Counted from the stretch's first letter, positions 9,754-18,723 are shown. The stretch is DNA of 24,272 bases from a virus (IMGVR_UViG_3300025276_000209:1-24272); one strand, 5' to 3'. Made by a program: numbers and translations. Notes: a model not told the origin generated them from the sequence alone.

Positions 9754-10313
9754 AACGCTAAGGTAATCTGATGGTCAAAGATTCGATATAGAACTTCACC
9801 GTCTACGTTAAACTCGTACTCGCTTTCAGGTTGAAAAGAAACCCTATCGCCTTTGCTAATTCCATAGCTAGACAAATACTTATTTGGATATACCATCTCT
9901 CCTACTAAAGGTTCGTTAGAGATTGGTTTAAAAATATAGGACTCTTCAACATCAACAGGTTTAATAAAACAATTTTTATCGTGTGCATTCCAACCGTCTA
10001 TGTTTTTATACATATAAAACTGTTCGTCCTCTACAAAAAATAAGTTGTCTTTAAAAAAGCTTCTACCACTTACTTGTTTTCCTTTCATATTATTATAATA
10101 CTTGAAAACATTGTGATGTACCAAGAGAGTATTCCCTACTTCTATAGGACCTTTATATCCTAATGGTAGTTCTATTACTTCAGCTTCTCTGTTTGAAAAT
10201 TTGTGGTCTTCCTGTGAAGTACTGATAATGAATTCAATACCTCCTATTTCTTTCGTGTTATTATATCTCTTACCTTTTACAGGTTTAACAATAAACGCAA
10301 ATGGTGATTTCAT
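9750..10313 (-). CDS. Tandem two-domain GroES/Cpn10-like protein
   Basis: 187 aa with two GroES-like halves: MKSPFAFIVKP...AEVIELP...IEVGNTLLV and CFIKP...GEMVY...ISKGDRVSF..ESEYEFNVDGEVLYRIFDHQITLAL (cf. GroES VKVGDxVxF...GxExxxDGEEYLIxxExDILA). Confidence 0.62.
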   Translation of the reverse strand: MKSPFAFIVKPVKGKRYNNTKEIGGIEFIISTSQEDHKFSNREAEVIELPLGYKGPIEVGNTLLVHHNVFKYYNNMKGKQVSGRSFFKDNLFFVEDEQFYMYKNIDGWNAHDKNCFIKPVDVEESYIFKPISNEPLVGEMVYPNKYLSSYGISKGDRVSFQPESEYEFNVDGEVLYRIFDHQITLAL

Positions 10314-10330
10314 AACTTAGTTTATGACTG

Positions 10331-10549
10331 CTAAAAATTTATGTTATATTCAATTGATATAGGCATAGTAGAGTTGAATTCTTTCCACAATAATATTTCA
10401 TCCTTTTGTTGAATATAAATACAAATCGAAGATTCTTCTTTTCGTATTAAATGAATGTGAAAGTTTCCATTCAGTATGTCCTGTCCTACAAGATAGTGCA
10501 TCGCACCTGACTTATAATCCGGACCTACTGAAATTTTTCTTATGTCCAT
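10331..10549 (-). CDS. Hypothetical protein, 72 aa (MDIRKISVGPDYKSGAMHYLVGQ...)
   Basis: The ATG at 10549, just after the upstream stop at 10554, is more plausible than the ORF-track start at 10615. Confidence 0.7.
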   Translation of the reverse strand: MDIRKISVGPDYKSGAMHYLVGQDILNGNFHIHLIRKEESSICIYIQQKDEILLWKEFNSTMPISIEYNINF

Positions 10550-10553
10550 TTTA

Positions 10554-11012
10554 TTAAGATATTTCCTGTATGATTCTCCAATTTGTTCCGTCAGACCAAA
10601 CAGATAAGCTAGCATACGCAGAATTTATAGTCTTGGTAGCAGCACCGTTTATAGTTTCAGTACCGTTTGCACTTAAGGATATTGTTTGAGTAGCACTTAT
10701 AGTTCCGTCTGCACTAAATATAATTTTTCTATAAGGAATAGAACCTGCTTTTGGTAAATTAAGTTTAGAAAAACCTGCTCCACCTGTCCAACTTATAGTA
10801 TATATATTTCCGTATTGAACAACATCTTGATTCCCACCGGATTTAGCAGCGACAACTACAGGTGCTCCTGTAGCAAATGACTTTAAATTAAGTATATCTC
10901 CAATAGTATAATTTTTAGTAATATCCAAACCATCTGAATCTACTTCTGTACCAATTAACTTGTCAGCTATTGTTGGTGCACTATCTATTTGATATGTACT
11001 TATTTTTGCCAT
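10554..11012 (-). CDS. Short fibre/accessory virion protein
   Basis: 152 aa; N-terminus similar to 16343..17083; C-terminal LPxA...ETINGA...SDGTNWRII beta module of the kind seen at phage fibre ends. Confidence 0.65.
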   Translation of the reverse strand: MAKISTYQIDSAPTIADKLIGTEVDSDGLDITKNYTIGDILNLKSFATGAPVVVAAKSGGNQDVVQYGNIYTISWTGGAGFSKLNLPKAGSIPYRKIIFSADGTISATQTISLSANGTETINGAATKTINSAYASLSVWSDGTNWRIIQEIS

Positions 11013-11296
11013 TACTTTATTTTTTCTAGTTTCGCTTCTTTAGGAACCTGAATAACGTCTCCTGTCTTAACATCAATTTGAGCATCTGCACCATATACCT
11101 TAGCTAAATCTTTTTCAACTTCAGCATAATCTGATTTCAATTTATTAATGTTTTCGATTACAACACTTTTTGATAACTCAATATCTCCTAATTGCATTTT
11201 CAATTGATTGAATGCATTTAGCATTGACTGAACTTTTGTCAATTCAATTTTGGTAAGTGTTACTTTCTTTACTTCTTTTTTAATTGCTTTCTTCAT
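11012..11296 (-). CDS. Small coiled-coil protein, possible fibre assembly factor
   Basis: 94 aa heptad helix followed by YG...IDVKTGDV; TAATG overlap with the next gene; function is a guess. Confidence 0.65.
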   Translation of the reverse strand: MKKAIKKEVKKVTLTKIELTKVQSMLNAFNQLKMQLGDIELSKSVVIENINKLKSDYAEVEKDLAKVYGADAQIDVKTGDVIQVPKEAKLEKIK

Positions 11297-11329
11297 TTTG
11301 ATATTTTATTTAATTTAATTTATATATAA

Positions 11330-11337
11330 CAAAGGTA
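11330..11337 (-). promoter_or_regulatory. TACCTTTG -7 box
   Basis: Intergenic, 33 nt upstream of the ATG at 11296. Confidence 0.65.
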
Positions 11338-11345
11338 GTTAATTA

Positions 11346-14042
11346 TTACTTACCTGCAAAAGGTGAGAATACAGTTAACATAAAAGATGTTCCATCATCT
11401 AGGACTACTGTAGCAAAAGGAGACCTCGCTTTAGTATTTACAGACATCGACTTAATTGTAGAAGGTTTCCCTCCATCAATAGTTACAGGGAAAGCAGTTG
11501 CATTTGTTCCGTTTGTTCCCGGATTACCTTGACTACCTGTAGCACCTCTAGAACCTGTCGCTCCCGGACTTCCATTACTTCCTGCAGTTCCTGTGTTTCC
11601 TTTTATCCCTTGTATACCTTGAGCACCATTAGACCCTGCATTACCTGTGTTACCTGTTGCACCTTTAGCACCGTTAGTTCCATTTGTTCCGGGGTTTCCT
11701 TTCGCTCCTGTCGTACCTTGAATACCTTGTCCACCTTGTGAACCTGTTGCTCCACGAGCACCTGCTGCACCGTTAGTTCCGTTAGTCCCGGCTTTTCCTG
11801 TAAGTCCTTGTATTCCTTGACCACCGGTTGCTCCTGTTCCACCTGTTCCACCTTGTATACCTTGTATACCTGTTGCACCTTTATCACCTTTAGCACCATT
11901 AGAACCATTAGTTCCTGCAGTTCCTGTAAGACCTCTTATACCTTGTATTCCTTGTCCTCCTGTCGCTCCTGTTCCACCTGTAGTTCCTGTTGCTCCTCTG
12001 ATTCCTTGTACTCCTTGGTCTCCTTTTCCTCCCTGTGCTCCGGTATCTCCCTTCGCTCCATTAGAACCTGCGGTTCCTGTAAGTCCTTGAATTCCTTGGA
12101 CACCCTTAAGACCTTGGTCTCCTTTCGCTCCCGTACTTCCGTTAGTTCCGTTAGTACCTGCCGCACCTGTAAGACCGGTTAATCCTCTTATACCTTGAAT
12201 ACCTTGTCCACCCGTTCCTCCGGCTGCACCTGTATTTCCGGTTAATCCTTTATCACCTTTAGCACCGTTGGTTCCGTTGGTTCCGGCATTACCCTTAGCA
12301 CCGGTTCCACCTTGGATACCTTGAATTCCTTGGTCTCCCTTAGCACCGGTTCCACCTGTTCCTCCTGTATTTCCTGTTATACCTCTTATCCCTTGGATAC
12401 CCTGTCCACCTGTTGCTCCTGTTCCACCTTGGTCTCCCTTGGCTCCTGTTAAACCTCTTGCTCCATTTGTACCATTTGTACCGGCATTTCCTGTAGACCC
12501 CTTAGAACCCGTTAAACCGATGTCTCCTTGTATTCCTTGTACTCCTTTAAGACCTTGGTCACCCTTTGCTCCTGTTCCCCCTTGTGCTCCGGTATCACCC
12601 TTTGCTCCATTGGTTCCTGCAGTACCCGTAACACCTCTTATACCTTGGATACCTTGGTCTCCCTTAGCACCATTAGTTCCTGCGTTACCCGTACTACCTT
12701 TGGCTCCTGTATTTCCTGTGTCTCCTTGGATACCCTGTATACCTTTAAGACCTTGGTCTCCTTTAGCACCTACTCCACCTTGTGCTCCGGTATCACCCTT
12801 AGCACCTGCATCTCCGGTTGCTCCTTTAGCACCATTGGTCCCATTAGTTCCTGCGGTTCCTGTGTTTCCTTTAGCACCTGTTGTTCCTTGAATACCCGGA
12901 TTACCTTTTGCTCCCGTTAATCCTGTATCTCCTATGACACCTTGAATTCCCTGAAGACCTTGGTCTCCTTTAGAACCTGTTGCTCCCCTTGCTCCGGTAG
13001 TACCTGTATCTCCTTGGATACCTTGTATACCCTGTATACCTTGGTCACCTTTTGGACCTATTGATGTTGGTAACGTAATTGTGTTACCATCAGTAAGAGT
13101 TAATTGTGTACCTGATAATACTAAGTCTTGAAACCTACTGCTAATATTTATTGTGTTCGAGTCAGGTATTGATGTTACAACTACTGAACCTAGTCCACTA
13201 AAAGTTACTGTATCATTGTTAATACTTGCTACAACCTCCTCTTTAGTTCCTGACGCTTTAATGTTTTTAAACATATTTTGCGTAGAACCCTTATCAGTAT
13301 TTGTTAATGTAACTGTTCCTGAAGTTCCACCTCCACCTAATCCACTTCCTGCCGTTACTCCCGTAATGTCTCCACCCGGTGTTGATGTTATATACCCTTG
13401 ATTTTTTACCCAAGCAGTTGAAGCTGCTGAGGTTGAATCATTTGCAGTTGCTATCGTTCCCACTACAGGAACTGAACTGAATGTTTTTGCACCACCAAGA
13501 GTTTGTGTACCTGTTGTTCTTATAACCGTACCGTCAACATTAATGTCATTTGCATTTGCAGTAATTCCTGAACCACCAATAACATTTAATGTAACTGCTC
13601 CACTTGTACCACCACCGGTCATTCCTGTTCCTGCAACTACACTTGTTATATCACCTTGAGGTGCTAACGTTAAAAGGTCAGTTACTCTAGCACTATAAAC
13701 AGTATCATCAGCATTGTTTTTATATAAAATTAAATCCTTAGAATCAATTTTAGTATTATCTTGAGTTGCTGCATTAATTATATTTTTTTCTCCTAGGTAT
13801 TGTATTTCTACTGTAACACCACCACTTGTACCTCCACCTGTCAATCCACCCTGTGCAGTTACCGATGTGATATCTCCTTCAGGTAACGATGCAGCAGTTA
13901 TATATCCTGCACCGTTAATTAGTTGTGTATTGTTAGTTGGTATTAGCGTACTTGTGAAAGCATTACTTCCTACCTCACGGTCGTTTACAAATAATGTTTT
14001 TGCAATACTTACCGGGGATAGAAATTCTATGTTATCAGCCAT
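11346..14042 (-). CDS. Collagen-like fibre protein
   Basis: 898 aa; three GDITxVxAxxGxxGGGTSGxVT repeats, a fibre repeat (ANDSTSAASTAWVK), 173 Gly-X-Y triplets and a ~50-aa C-terminal domain. Confidence 0.85.
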   Translation of the reverse strand: MADNIEFLSPVSIAKTLFVNDREVGSNAFTSTLIPTNNTQLINGAGYITAASLPEGDITSVTAQGGLTGGGTSGGVTVEIQYLGEKNIINAATQDNTKIDSKDLILYKNNADDTVYSARVTDLLTLAPQGDITSVVAGTGMTGGGTSGAVTLNVIGGSGITANANDINVDGTVIRTTGTQTLGGAKTFSSVPVVGTIATANDSTSAASTAWVKNQGYITSTPGGDITGVTAGSGLGGGGTSGTVTLTNTDKGSTQNMFKNIKASGTKEEVVASINNDTVTFSGLGSVVVTSIPDSNTINISSRFQDLVLSGTQLTLTDGNTITLPTSIGPKGDQGIQGIQGIQGDTGTTGARGATGSKGDQGLQGIQGVIGDTGLTGAKGNPGIQGTTGAKGNTGTAGTNGTNGAKGATGDAGAKGDTGAQGGVGAKGDQGLKGIQGIQGDTGNTGAKGSTGNAGTNGAKGDQGIQGIRGVTGTAGTNGAKGDTGAQGGTGAKGDQGLKGVQGIQGDIGLTGSKGSTGNAGTNGTNGARGLTGAKGDQGGTGATGGQGIQGIRGITGNTGGTGGTGAKGDQGIQGIQGGTGAKGNAGTNGTNGAKGDKGLTGNTGAAGGTGGQGIQGIRGLTGLTGAAGTNGTNGSTGAKGDQGLKGVQGIQGLTGTAGSNGAKGDTGAQGGKGDQGVQGIRGATGTTGGTGATGGQGIQGIRGLTGTAGTNGSNGAKGDKGATGIQGIQGGTGGTGATGGQGIQGLTGKAGTNGTNGAAGARGATGSQGGQGIQGTTGAKGNPGTNGTNGAKGATGNTGNAGSNGAQGIQGIKGNTGTAGSNGSPGATGSRGATGSQGNPGTNGTNATAFPVTIDGGKPSTIKSMSVNTKARSPFATVVLDDGTSFMLTVFSPFAGK
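11502..13058 (-). repeat. Gly-X-Y collagen repeat (9-nt periodic)
   Basis: 1557 nt = 173 triplets, from GPK to GTN; recurring blocks GAKGDQ, GIQGIQ, GTNGTN. Confidence 0.92.
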
Positions 14043-14071
14043 TTTTTATTTTAATTATTGTCCAATTTTAA

Positions 14072-16324
14072 TTATGCTCCAATTTTTTGAATCATATAGT
14101 TTATAGCATTTGCACCCGGATTAGCAAAAACAGATATTGTTATAGTGTTAATACTTGGTCTAGTAATTGTTGCCTTTAAATCTTGATAAGTACCTGAATT
14201 AGAATATAAAACAACATTAACGTTTCTAGTTCCCATATTGTGTGTTATTGTCCAAGACGTTGCACTTCCTATTGTTCCTGTTTTTTCTCTAGATGCTCCT
14301 GCAACACAAGACTCAACTTCTGCACAGAAATTAGTTACTTGACTTGCTGCGATTGCAATATCTTGTGCAGTTCTTGCAGTAACTCTACCTTTAACATCAG
14401 TTGTTATAGATAAAGATTTAGATGCTGAACCTACACTACCTGCTCCGGGTCCTGTAATTGCCATACTTACGCTTCCGGCTAATACTGATAGTCCACCTGC
14501 TACAGGGAAATTAGCAATACCTTGTACTGTTGCAGTTGCAACGTCAATGTTCTTGTTAACCTCTGTCCAATCTGCTGCACTTGTTGGATTGTTACTGTTA
14601 GCGATAATTAAATCACCAATCTCTAGTGTTGGAGACCAATAATTTGCAGGAACTCCTGTACCTGCTACTGTTACTACATAAGTAAATCCTTTAAGAACTG
14701 CTGCTCCTGTTGGTGCTGCAGTATTTGCTGCATATCCTCCTTGAAAGATTAATGCTCCTGAACCTGCGAATGTTGTATCTACATAATTTTTAGTTGCTCC
14801 ATCTTGTGCTGCCGTTGGGTCAACTACATTAATAAGTTTTTGTGTACCAATACTTAAACTTGCAGTAGGTGCACCCCATAAAGTTAAAGGCACATTACTC
14901 ATTGCAACCTTACCTTGGTCAGCTTGGTCTTGTAAGAATATAATATCATTATCAAATCCTGTTGCTACTAACGATGGTAATTCGCTTAAGTCAGTTTTAA
15001 TAGATACCTTATCCGTAGCAACTGCCGTAGTTACAATACCTACACCACCTGAAACTGCAAGAGTATTACCTTGTGTAATAGATTGTGTTGGACCACTATC
15101 TGCTGATACTGAGAAGTTACTCATTGTTCCCGGTGCACTACCTGCAGTAACTGCAGTAACGTGACCTTGAGCATTTGTTGTAATTGAAGATGGGTAAGCT
15201 GATGTAGCTGCCGTTCCAAAGTTATCGTGATTAACTGTTACAGTATCCGTAGCACTTGATACAGAAGTTAATGCAGTTCCACCTTTGATACTTAAAGTAT
15301 TTCCGTTTGTTATAGTTTGTGTCGGACCTGAATCTCCATCTACATCAAAATCAGTCATTGTTCCTGCTCCACCGTCTGATGCTGCAGTAATACGTCCTTG
15401 TGCATCTACTGTAATGTTAGCACTTGTGTATGCTGCTGCAGTAACACTTGTGTTATCTAGACTTACCTCTACTGTAGAAGTAGAACCTGCACTTGCAATT
15501 ACTGTAGATATTCCTGTTCCACCACCAATATCAACTGTGTCTCCATCTAAGATATCATTAGCGGTTCCTGTGTCTGCCTTTAATGAGAAAGAAGTATAAC
15601 CGCCCGGAACTGTTGCCCAAACATTATCTCCTCTTAAATACGTTGTTGCACTTGGAGTTCCTGTTGCTGATAAATCTCCTGTAATTGTACCTGAAGATGT
15701 TATTGTTCCACCGGTTACATTTACAAATGTTCCATTACTTGTAGCAATAGATGTTACTGTTCCACCTGCATCAGCCGGGAAAGTAATTAAATTACCTAAT
15801 CCATTTATATATTGTGCTGCAGTACCTGCCATTGTAATAGCAAGAGTTCCTGAACTTGTTACAGGTGAACCTCCTACTGTAAATGCATTACCTCCGTGAG
15901 TTTGACTTACTGAAGTTACTGTACCTAACTGATTACTAAAAGGTAAATCACTAACATTTGCAAAACTAACATCATTGCTTCCGTCAGAAAACATAATTTT
16001 ATTAGTTAGTCCAATTGCTGAGGCTGATAAGTCTTGTGCTTCAAGAATAATGTTATCTGCTCCTGCATAATCTACAGAAACTGTAACATTACCTGTTATT
16101 CCTCCACCGGTAAGACCGCTACCTGCAGTAACTCCTGAGATATCCCCACTTCCGTCTAGTGTTATCCAATTTGTACCATCATAGTACTTAATTACCTTTA
16201 ACGTTGAGTCAAAGAAAAATTGTCCTTCTCCTAATGGAGTTGGATTACTCGTAATACTCTGTGCTCGTACATTCTGAATCTCAGTTCCCGATATGTCTAA
16301 CGAATCTAAATACTTAATTGCCAT
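14072..16324 (-). CDS. Tail fibre-like protein
   Basis: 750 aa, G/T/S/A-rich; fibre repeats (GTVTSV, YTSANITVDAQGRITAAS, ITTNAQGHVTA, DPTAAQDGATKNYVD); C-terminal WTITHNMG domain. Confidence 0.78.
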   Translation of the reverse strand: MAIKYLDSLDISGTEIQNVRAQSITSNPTPLGEGQFFFDSTLKVIKYYDGTNWITLDGSGDISGVTAGSGLTGGGITGNVTVSVDYAGADNIILEAQDLSASAIGLTNKIMFSDGSNDVSFANVSDLPFSNQLGTVTSVSQTHGGNAFTVGGSPVTSSGTLAITMAGTAAQYINGLGNLITFPADAGGTVTSIATSNGTFVNVTGGTITSSGTITGDLSATGTPSATTYLRGDNVWATVPGGYTSFSLKADTGTANDILDGDTVDIGGGTGISTVIASAGSTSTVEVSLDNTSVTAAAYTSANITVDAQGRITAASDGGAGTMTDFDVDGDSGPTQTITNGNTLSIKGGTALTSVSSATDTVTVNHDNFGTAATSAYPSSITTNAQGHVTAVTAGSAPGTMSNFSVSADSGPTQSITQGNTLAVSGGVGIVTTAVATDKVSIKTDLSELPSLVATGFDNDIIFLQDQADQGKVAMSNVPLTLWGAPTASLSIGTQKLINVVDPTAAQDGATKNYVDTTFAGSGALIFQGGYAANTAAPTGAAVLKGFTYVVTVAGTGVPANYWSPTLEIGDLIIANSNNPTSAADWTEVNKNIDVATATVQGIANFPVAGGLSVLAGSVSMAITGPGAGSVGSASKSLSITTDVKGRVTARTAQDIAIAASQVTNFCAEVESCVAGASREKTGTIGSATSWTITHNMGTRNVNVVLYSNSGTYQDLKATITRPSINTITISVFANPGANAINYMIQKIGA

Positions 16325-16342
16325 AGTTTTTTTGTTTTAGTT

Positions 16343-17083
16343 TTAATTTAGAAATGCTTGACCTGCAAAGGGAGCACTAAATGTTATTGTTACTTGGTTA
16401 ATATTATTATACTCTATATTTCCGTATACAACTTCCAACGCTGAATTAACTACACTAACCGATGGAAATTTATCTAAGTTGTGAGTTATAGTCCACGTTG
16501 CAGAAGGTGCTGCTTGAGTAAAAACAAAGTTCTTATCTCCTCCACCTGCTGATGGGTCATATGTTAGCAAAGATAATAAATAATCTTTACTACTTTTAAA
16601 GTCTCCGGATGATGCCTGTAATGTTAGTCCTATATCCCAAAAGTTAGCCTTATTGGGGTTAGTAGCTGCAGAATCCCACTTAAAAATTCCATAATTGCTT
16701 ATATCCTTAGTATTGGTAATCAATACAAAAGAACTTATTAGAGGAGTTGTAAAAAATCCTGATATATCAGTAGGTGGTGGTTGACTTGTGTACTTTAAAG
16801 AGTACGAACTAATAATAAAATTAGTTATCGTACTAAAAGAAACATCTCCGGCTACATTAGTAGGAAGAGATATAGAACCTTTTAGTCTGTTTGCGTCTGT
16901 TGCTTCTGATTGATAGACATATCGTAAGGTTTGTGCGTCAATTGTCGCATTTACATTAATCCATTCAGCAACCGATTCTAATGAAAAGTTTTTTGTCGCA
17001 TTTTGATTAGCTACATCAGTTCCTATCCATTTATCCCCACCGCTTAGATTAGTATCTATTGGGTATGTACTTATTCTTGCCAT
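16343..17083 (-). CDS. Fibre anchor/adaptor-like structural protein
   Basis: 246 aa; N-terminal MARISTYPID...DKWIGTD...TKNF module; C-terminal FVFTQ...WTITHNLDKFPSVSV...FAGQAFLN domain. Confidence 0.68.
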   Translation of the reverse strand: MARISTYPIDTNLSGGDKWIGTDVANQNATKNFSLESVAEWINVNATIDAQTLRYVYQSEATDANRLKGSISLPTNVAGDVSFSTITNFIISSYSLKYTSQPPPTDISGFFTTPLISSFVLITNTKDISNYGIFKWDSAATNPNKANFWDIGLTLQASSGDFKSSKDYLLSLLTYDPSAGGGDKNFVFTQAAPSATWTITHNLDKFPSVSVVNSALEVVYGNIEYNNINQVTITFSAPFAGQAFLN

Positions 17084-17101
17084 TTATAATCTACGTTTTT
17101 C

Positions 17102-17117
17102 TGTTCTACAAAGATAG
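17102..17117 (-). promoter_or_regulatory. TATCTTTG promoter for the fibre genes
   Basis: TATCTTTG at 17116-17109; the 16-mer is identical to 19389-19404. Confidence 0.72.
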
Positions 17118-17133
17118 ATAAAAAAAATGACGA

Positions 17134-17529
17134 TTATTTTTTGTTAATAGTAATGTTCTTTGCTATTTTCTCTGCACTTCTACCAACTACATAACCTCCA
17201 ATACCTATTTTTAGTAATTCCCAAAACTCAAGTTCTAAATCAGGGATAGGTAAAGTAAATACAGGTGCTATAAATTTTACATAAATTACAATAAACCCAA
17301 AAGCCATCATAAGTATTGGTCTCCAACTTCTTTGCAACCAATTTCCCTTTGCTTCTGTTATAATAATATCAGTTTGCATCTTTTGTAACTCTAATTGTTT
17401 CTGAATTAGAATTTGTTTGATTACATTCTGTGCGTGTATCTTCTCTTCTTTGGAAGTAAATAGATTATCTAATCCTTCTAGTAATTCTTTTACTACACTT
17501 CCTCCAAACCAATCAACAATTTTCTTCAT
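17134..17529 (-). CDS. Putative holin, GTA 3-TM holin-like
   Basis: 131 aa; NWLQRSWRP motif followed by hydrophobic segments and GGYVVGRSAEK; adjacent to the endolysin. Confidence 0.72.
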   Translation of the reverse strand: MKKIVDWFGGSVVKELLEGLDNLFTSKEEKIHAQNVIKQILIQKQLELQKMQTDIIITEAKGNWLQRSWRPILMMAFGFIVIYVKFIAPVFTLPIPDLELEFWELLKIGIGGYVVGRSAEKIAKNITINKK

Positions 17530-17953
17530 AGTTATGTTCGCTTATATGTTTATATTCACCTGTCGCATCAAAACTAGGACAAGCTTTTTCTGAAAAATCA
17601 TTATGACTATGCACTACTGCGTCAGTATGTATTTGTTTTAAAGTATGAAGTAAGCATTCTAGGGTTTCAATTTGTGCACAAGTCCTTGTGTCTTTAGGAG
17701 TTTTGCCGTCAGACTCAACACCACCTACATAACAAATGCCTAAACTATCGTGATTGTGCCCTGAAGTATGAGCACCTTGTGCAGAATCTTTTCTGCCTTT
17801 ACTTATTCTTCCGTCTAAGTGTACTATATAATGGTATCCAATATCTTTCCAACCACGTTCATCAACGTGCCAACTTTTTATTGTTTCAAAAGAAATAGGT
17901 TGATTCTCTCTAGTAGCTGATGAATGAACAATAAATTTATTTATTTTTTTCAT
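17513..17953 (-). CDS. Endolysin, N-acetylmuramoyl-L-alanine amidase (Amidase_2, T7 lysozyme-like)
   Basis: IVHSSAT, GWKDIGYHY, GAH..GHN..SLGICYVGG and HNDFSEKACPSF (Zn ligands H, H, C); start reassigned to the ATG at 17953 (MKKINKF). Confidence 0.9.
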   Translation of the reverse strand: MKKINKFIVHSSATRENQPISFETIKSWHVDERGWKDIGYHYIVHLDGRISKGRKDSAQGAHTSGHNHDSLGICYVGGVESDGKTPKDTRTCAQIETLECLLHTLKQIHTDAVVHSHNDFSEKACPSFDATGEYKHISEHNYEENC

Positions 17954-18110
17954 TTGGTTTCTTACGAAGTAGTATCCATTTATGAATGGTGTATCCAATA
18001 CTGACCAATAAAAGTAGAACCTTTAGAATCATATCTACCTGCGTAAAGGAAATAGCTAGCGTACTCGCATTAAGCAAGTACAATTTTAAATCTGTCATCC
18101 AATTACGCAT
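17937..18110 (-). CDS. Small two-TM holin-like membrane protein (57 aa)
   Basis: Hand translation MRNWMTDLKLYLLNASTLAISFTQVDMILKVLLLLVSIGYTIHKWILLRKKPNEKNK; hydrophobic segments, basic tail, overlaps the endolysin start. Confidence 0.68.
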   Translation of the reverse strand: MRNWMTDLKLYLLNASTLAISFTQVDMILKVLLLLVSIGYTIHKWILLRKKPNEKNK

Positions 18111-18180
18111 TAGGGGTTAAGTGATAAACTATTTCTAGGTCTGTCCCCGATGTGTTAGTCTGTGTATAATACTCTTTCAT
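18103..18180 (-). CDS. 25-aa micro-ORF MKEYYTQTNTSGTDLEIVYHLTPNA
   Basis: ATGA-coupled to the upstream 14-aa ORF; overlaps the holin-like start by 8 nt. Confidence 0.45.
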   Translation of the reverse strand: MKEYYTQTNTSGTDLEIVYHLTPNA

Positions 18181-18221
18181 ATTCGTATTGTTATTCCAAT
18201 AGTTAATGTATGTTTTTTCAT
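18177..18221 (-). CDS. 14-aa micro-ORF MKKHTLTIGITIRI
   Basis: ATG 1 nt after the upstream stop; its TGA overlaps the next ATG. Confidence 0.4.
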   Translation of the reverse strand: MKKHTLTIGITIRI

Positions 18222-18222
18222 A

Positions 18223-18717
18223 TTACCAAATTGCTATAATGTTTGCTGCAGTAGTGAGCGTTTTGTATACCTTCTTAACTTGTACCGGAAAGAATCCTAT
18301 AGGTACTGAATCGAATGTAACTGTACTTCCTCCAATGGTATCTACTTTTAAATCTCCTGTTGCTCCTATATATAAGACACAACCATTGTTTGCATCTTGT
18401 AAGTTTAATACAGATGAAGCAGAATATATTACATAGTTTTCGCTTCCTACAGGAAATATATTAGCATTCAATAATAAAACCTGACCGCTACTTACAGATA
18501 GTACTGTTGCACTTGTTCCGTTAGTAGTGTTATATACAATATCTCCTGCATATACTATAGTTGCTTCTGCTTTAAAATCTGCAGTAGAATCTAGAAGTTC
18601 ATTATTTGTTTGTGCGTCAGCAGTTCCTGAAGCCGTGATTACAGGATATGGAATATTGCTATCATCGGAGGTATAAATCTCCTGTGCTAACATTCCTTGT
18701 GTTTTAATATAACTCAT
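18223..18717 (-). CDS. Hypothetical beta-rich virion protein
   Basis: 164 aa; C-terminal LYIGATGDLKV...VTF..VPIGFFPVQVKKV...TTAANIIAIW phage-type module with an inserted DSTADF...GDIV domain. Confidence 0.72.
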   Translation of the reverse strand: MSYIKTQGMLAQEIYTSDDSNIPYPVITASGTADAQTNNELLDSTADFKAEATIVYAGDIVYNTTNGTSATVLSVSSGQVLLLNANIFPVGSENYVIYSASSVLNLQDANNGCVLYIGATGDLKVDTIGGSTVTFDSVPIGFFPVQVKKVYKTLTTAANIIAIW

Positions 18718-18723
18718 AATTTT

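Noticed and set aside
11502-13058. CRISPR array or DGR template/variable repeat
   Set aside because: Repeats are coding and degenerate at synonymous sites; there are no spacers, adenine-specific variation, cas genes or reverse transcriptase in the window
11529-13401. Several plus-strand and alternate-frame ORFs over the collagen gene
   Set aside because: They are shadows of the Gly-X-Y codon periodicity, with no independent start signals
17954-17998. ORF-track N-terminal extension of the amidase
   Set aside because: It lies inside the holin-like ORF; MKKINKFIVH is a typical amidase start
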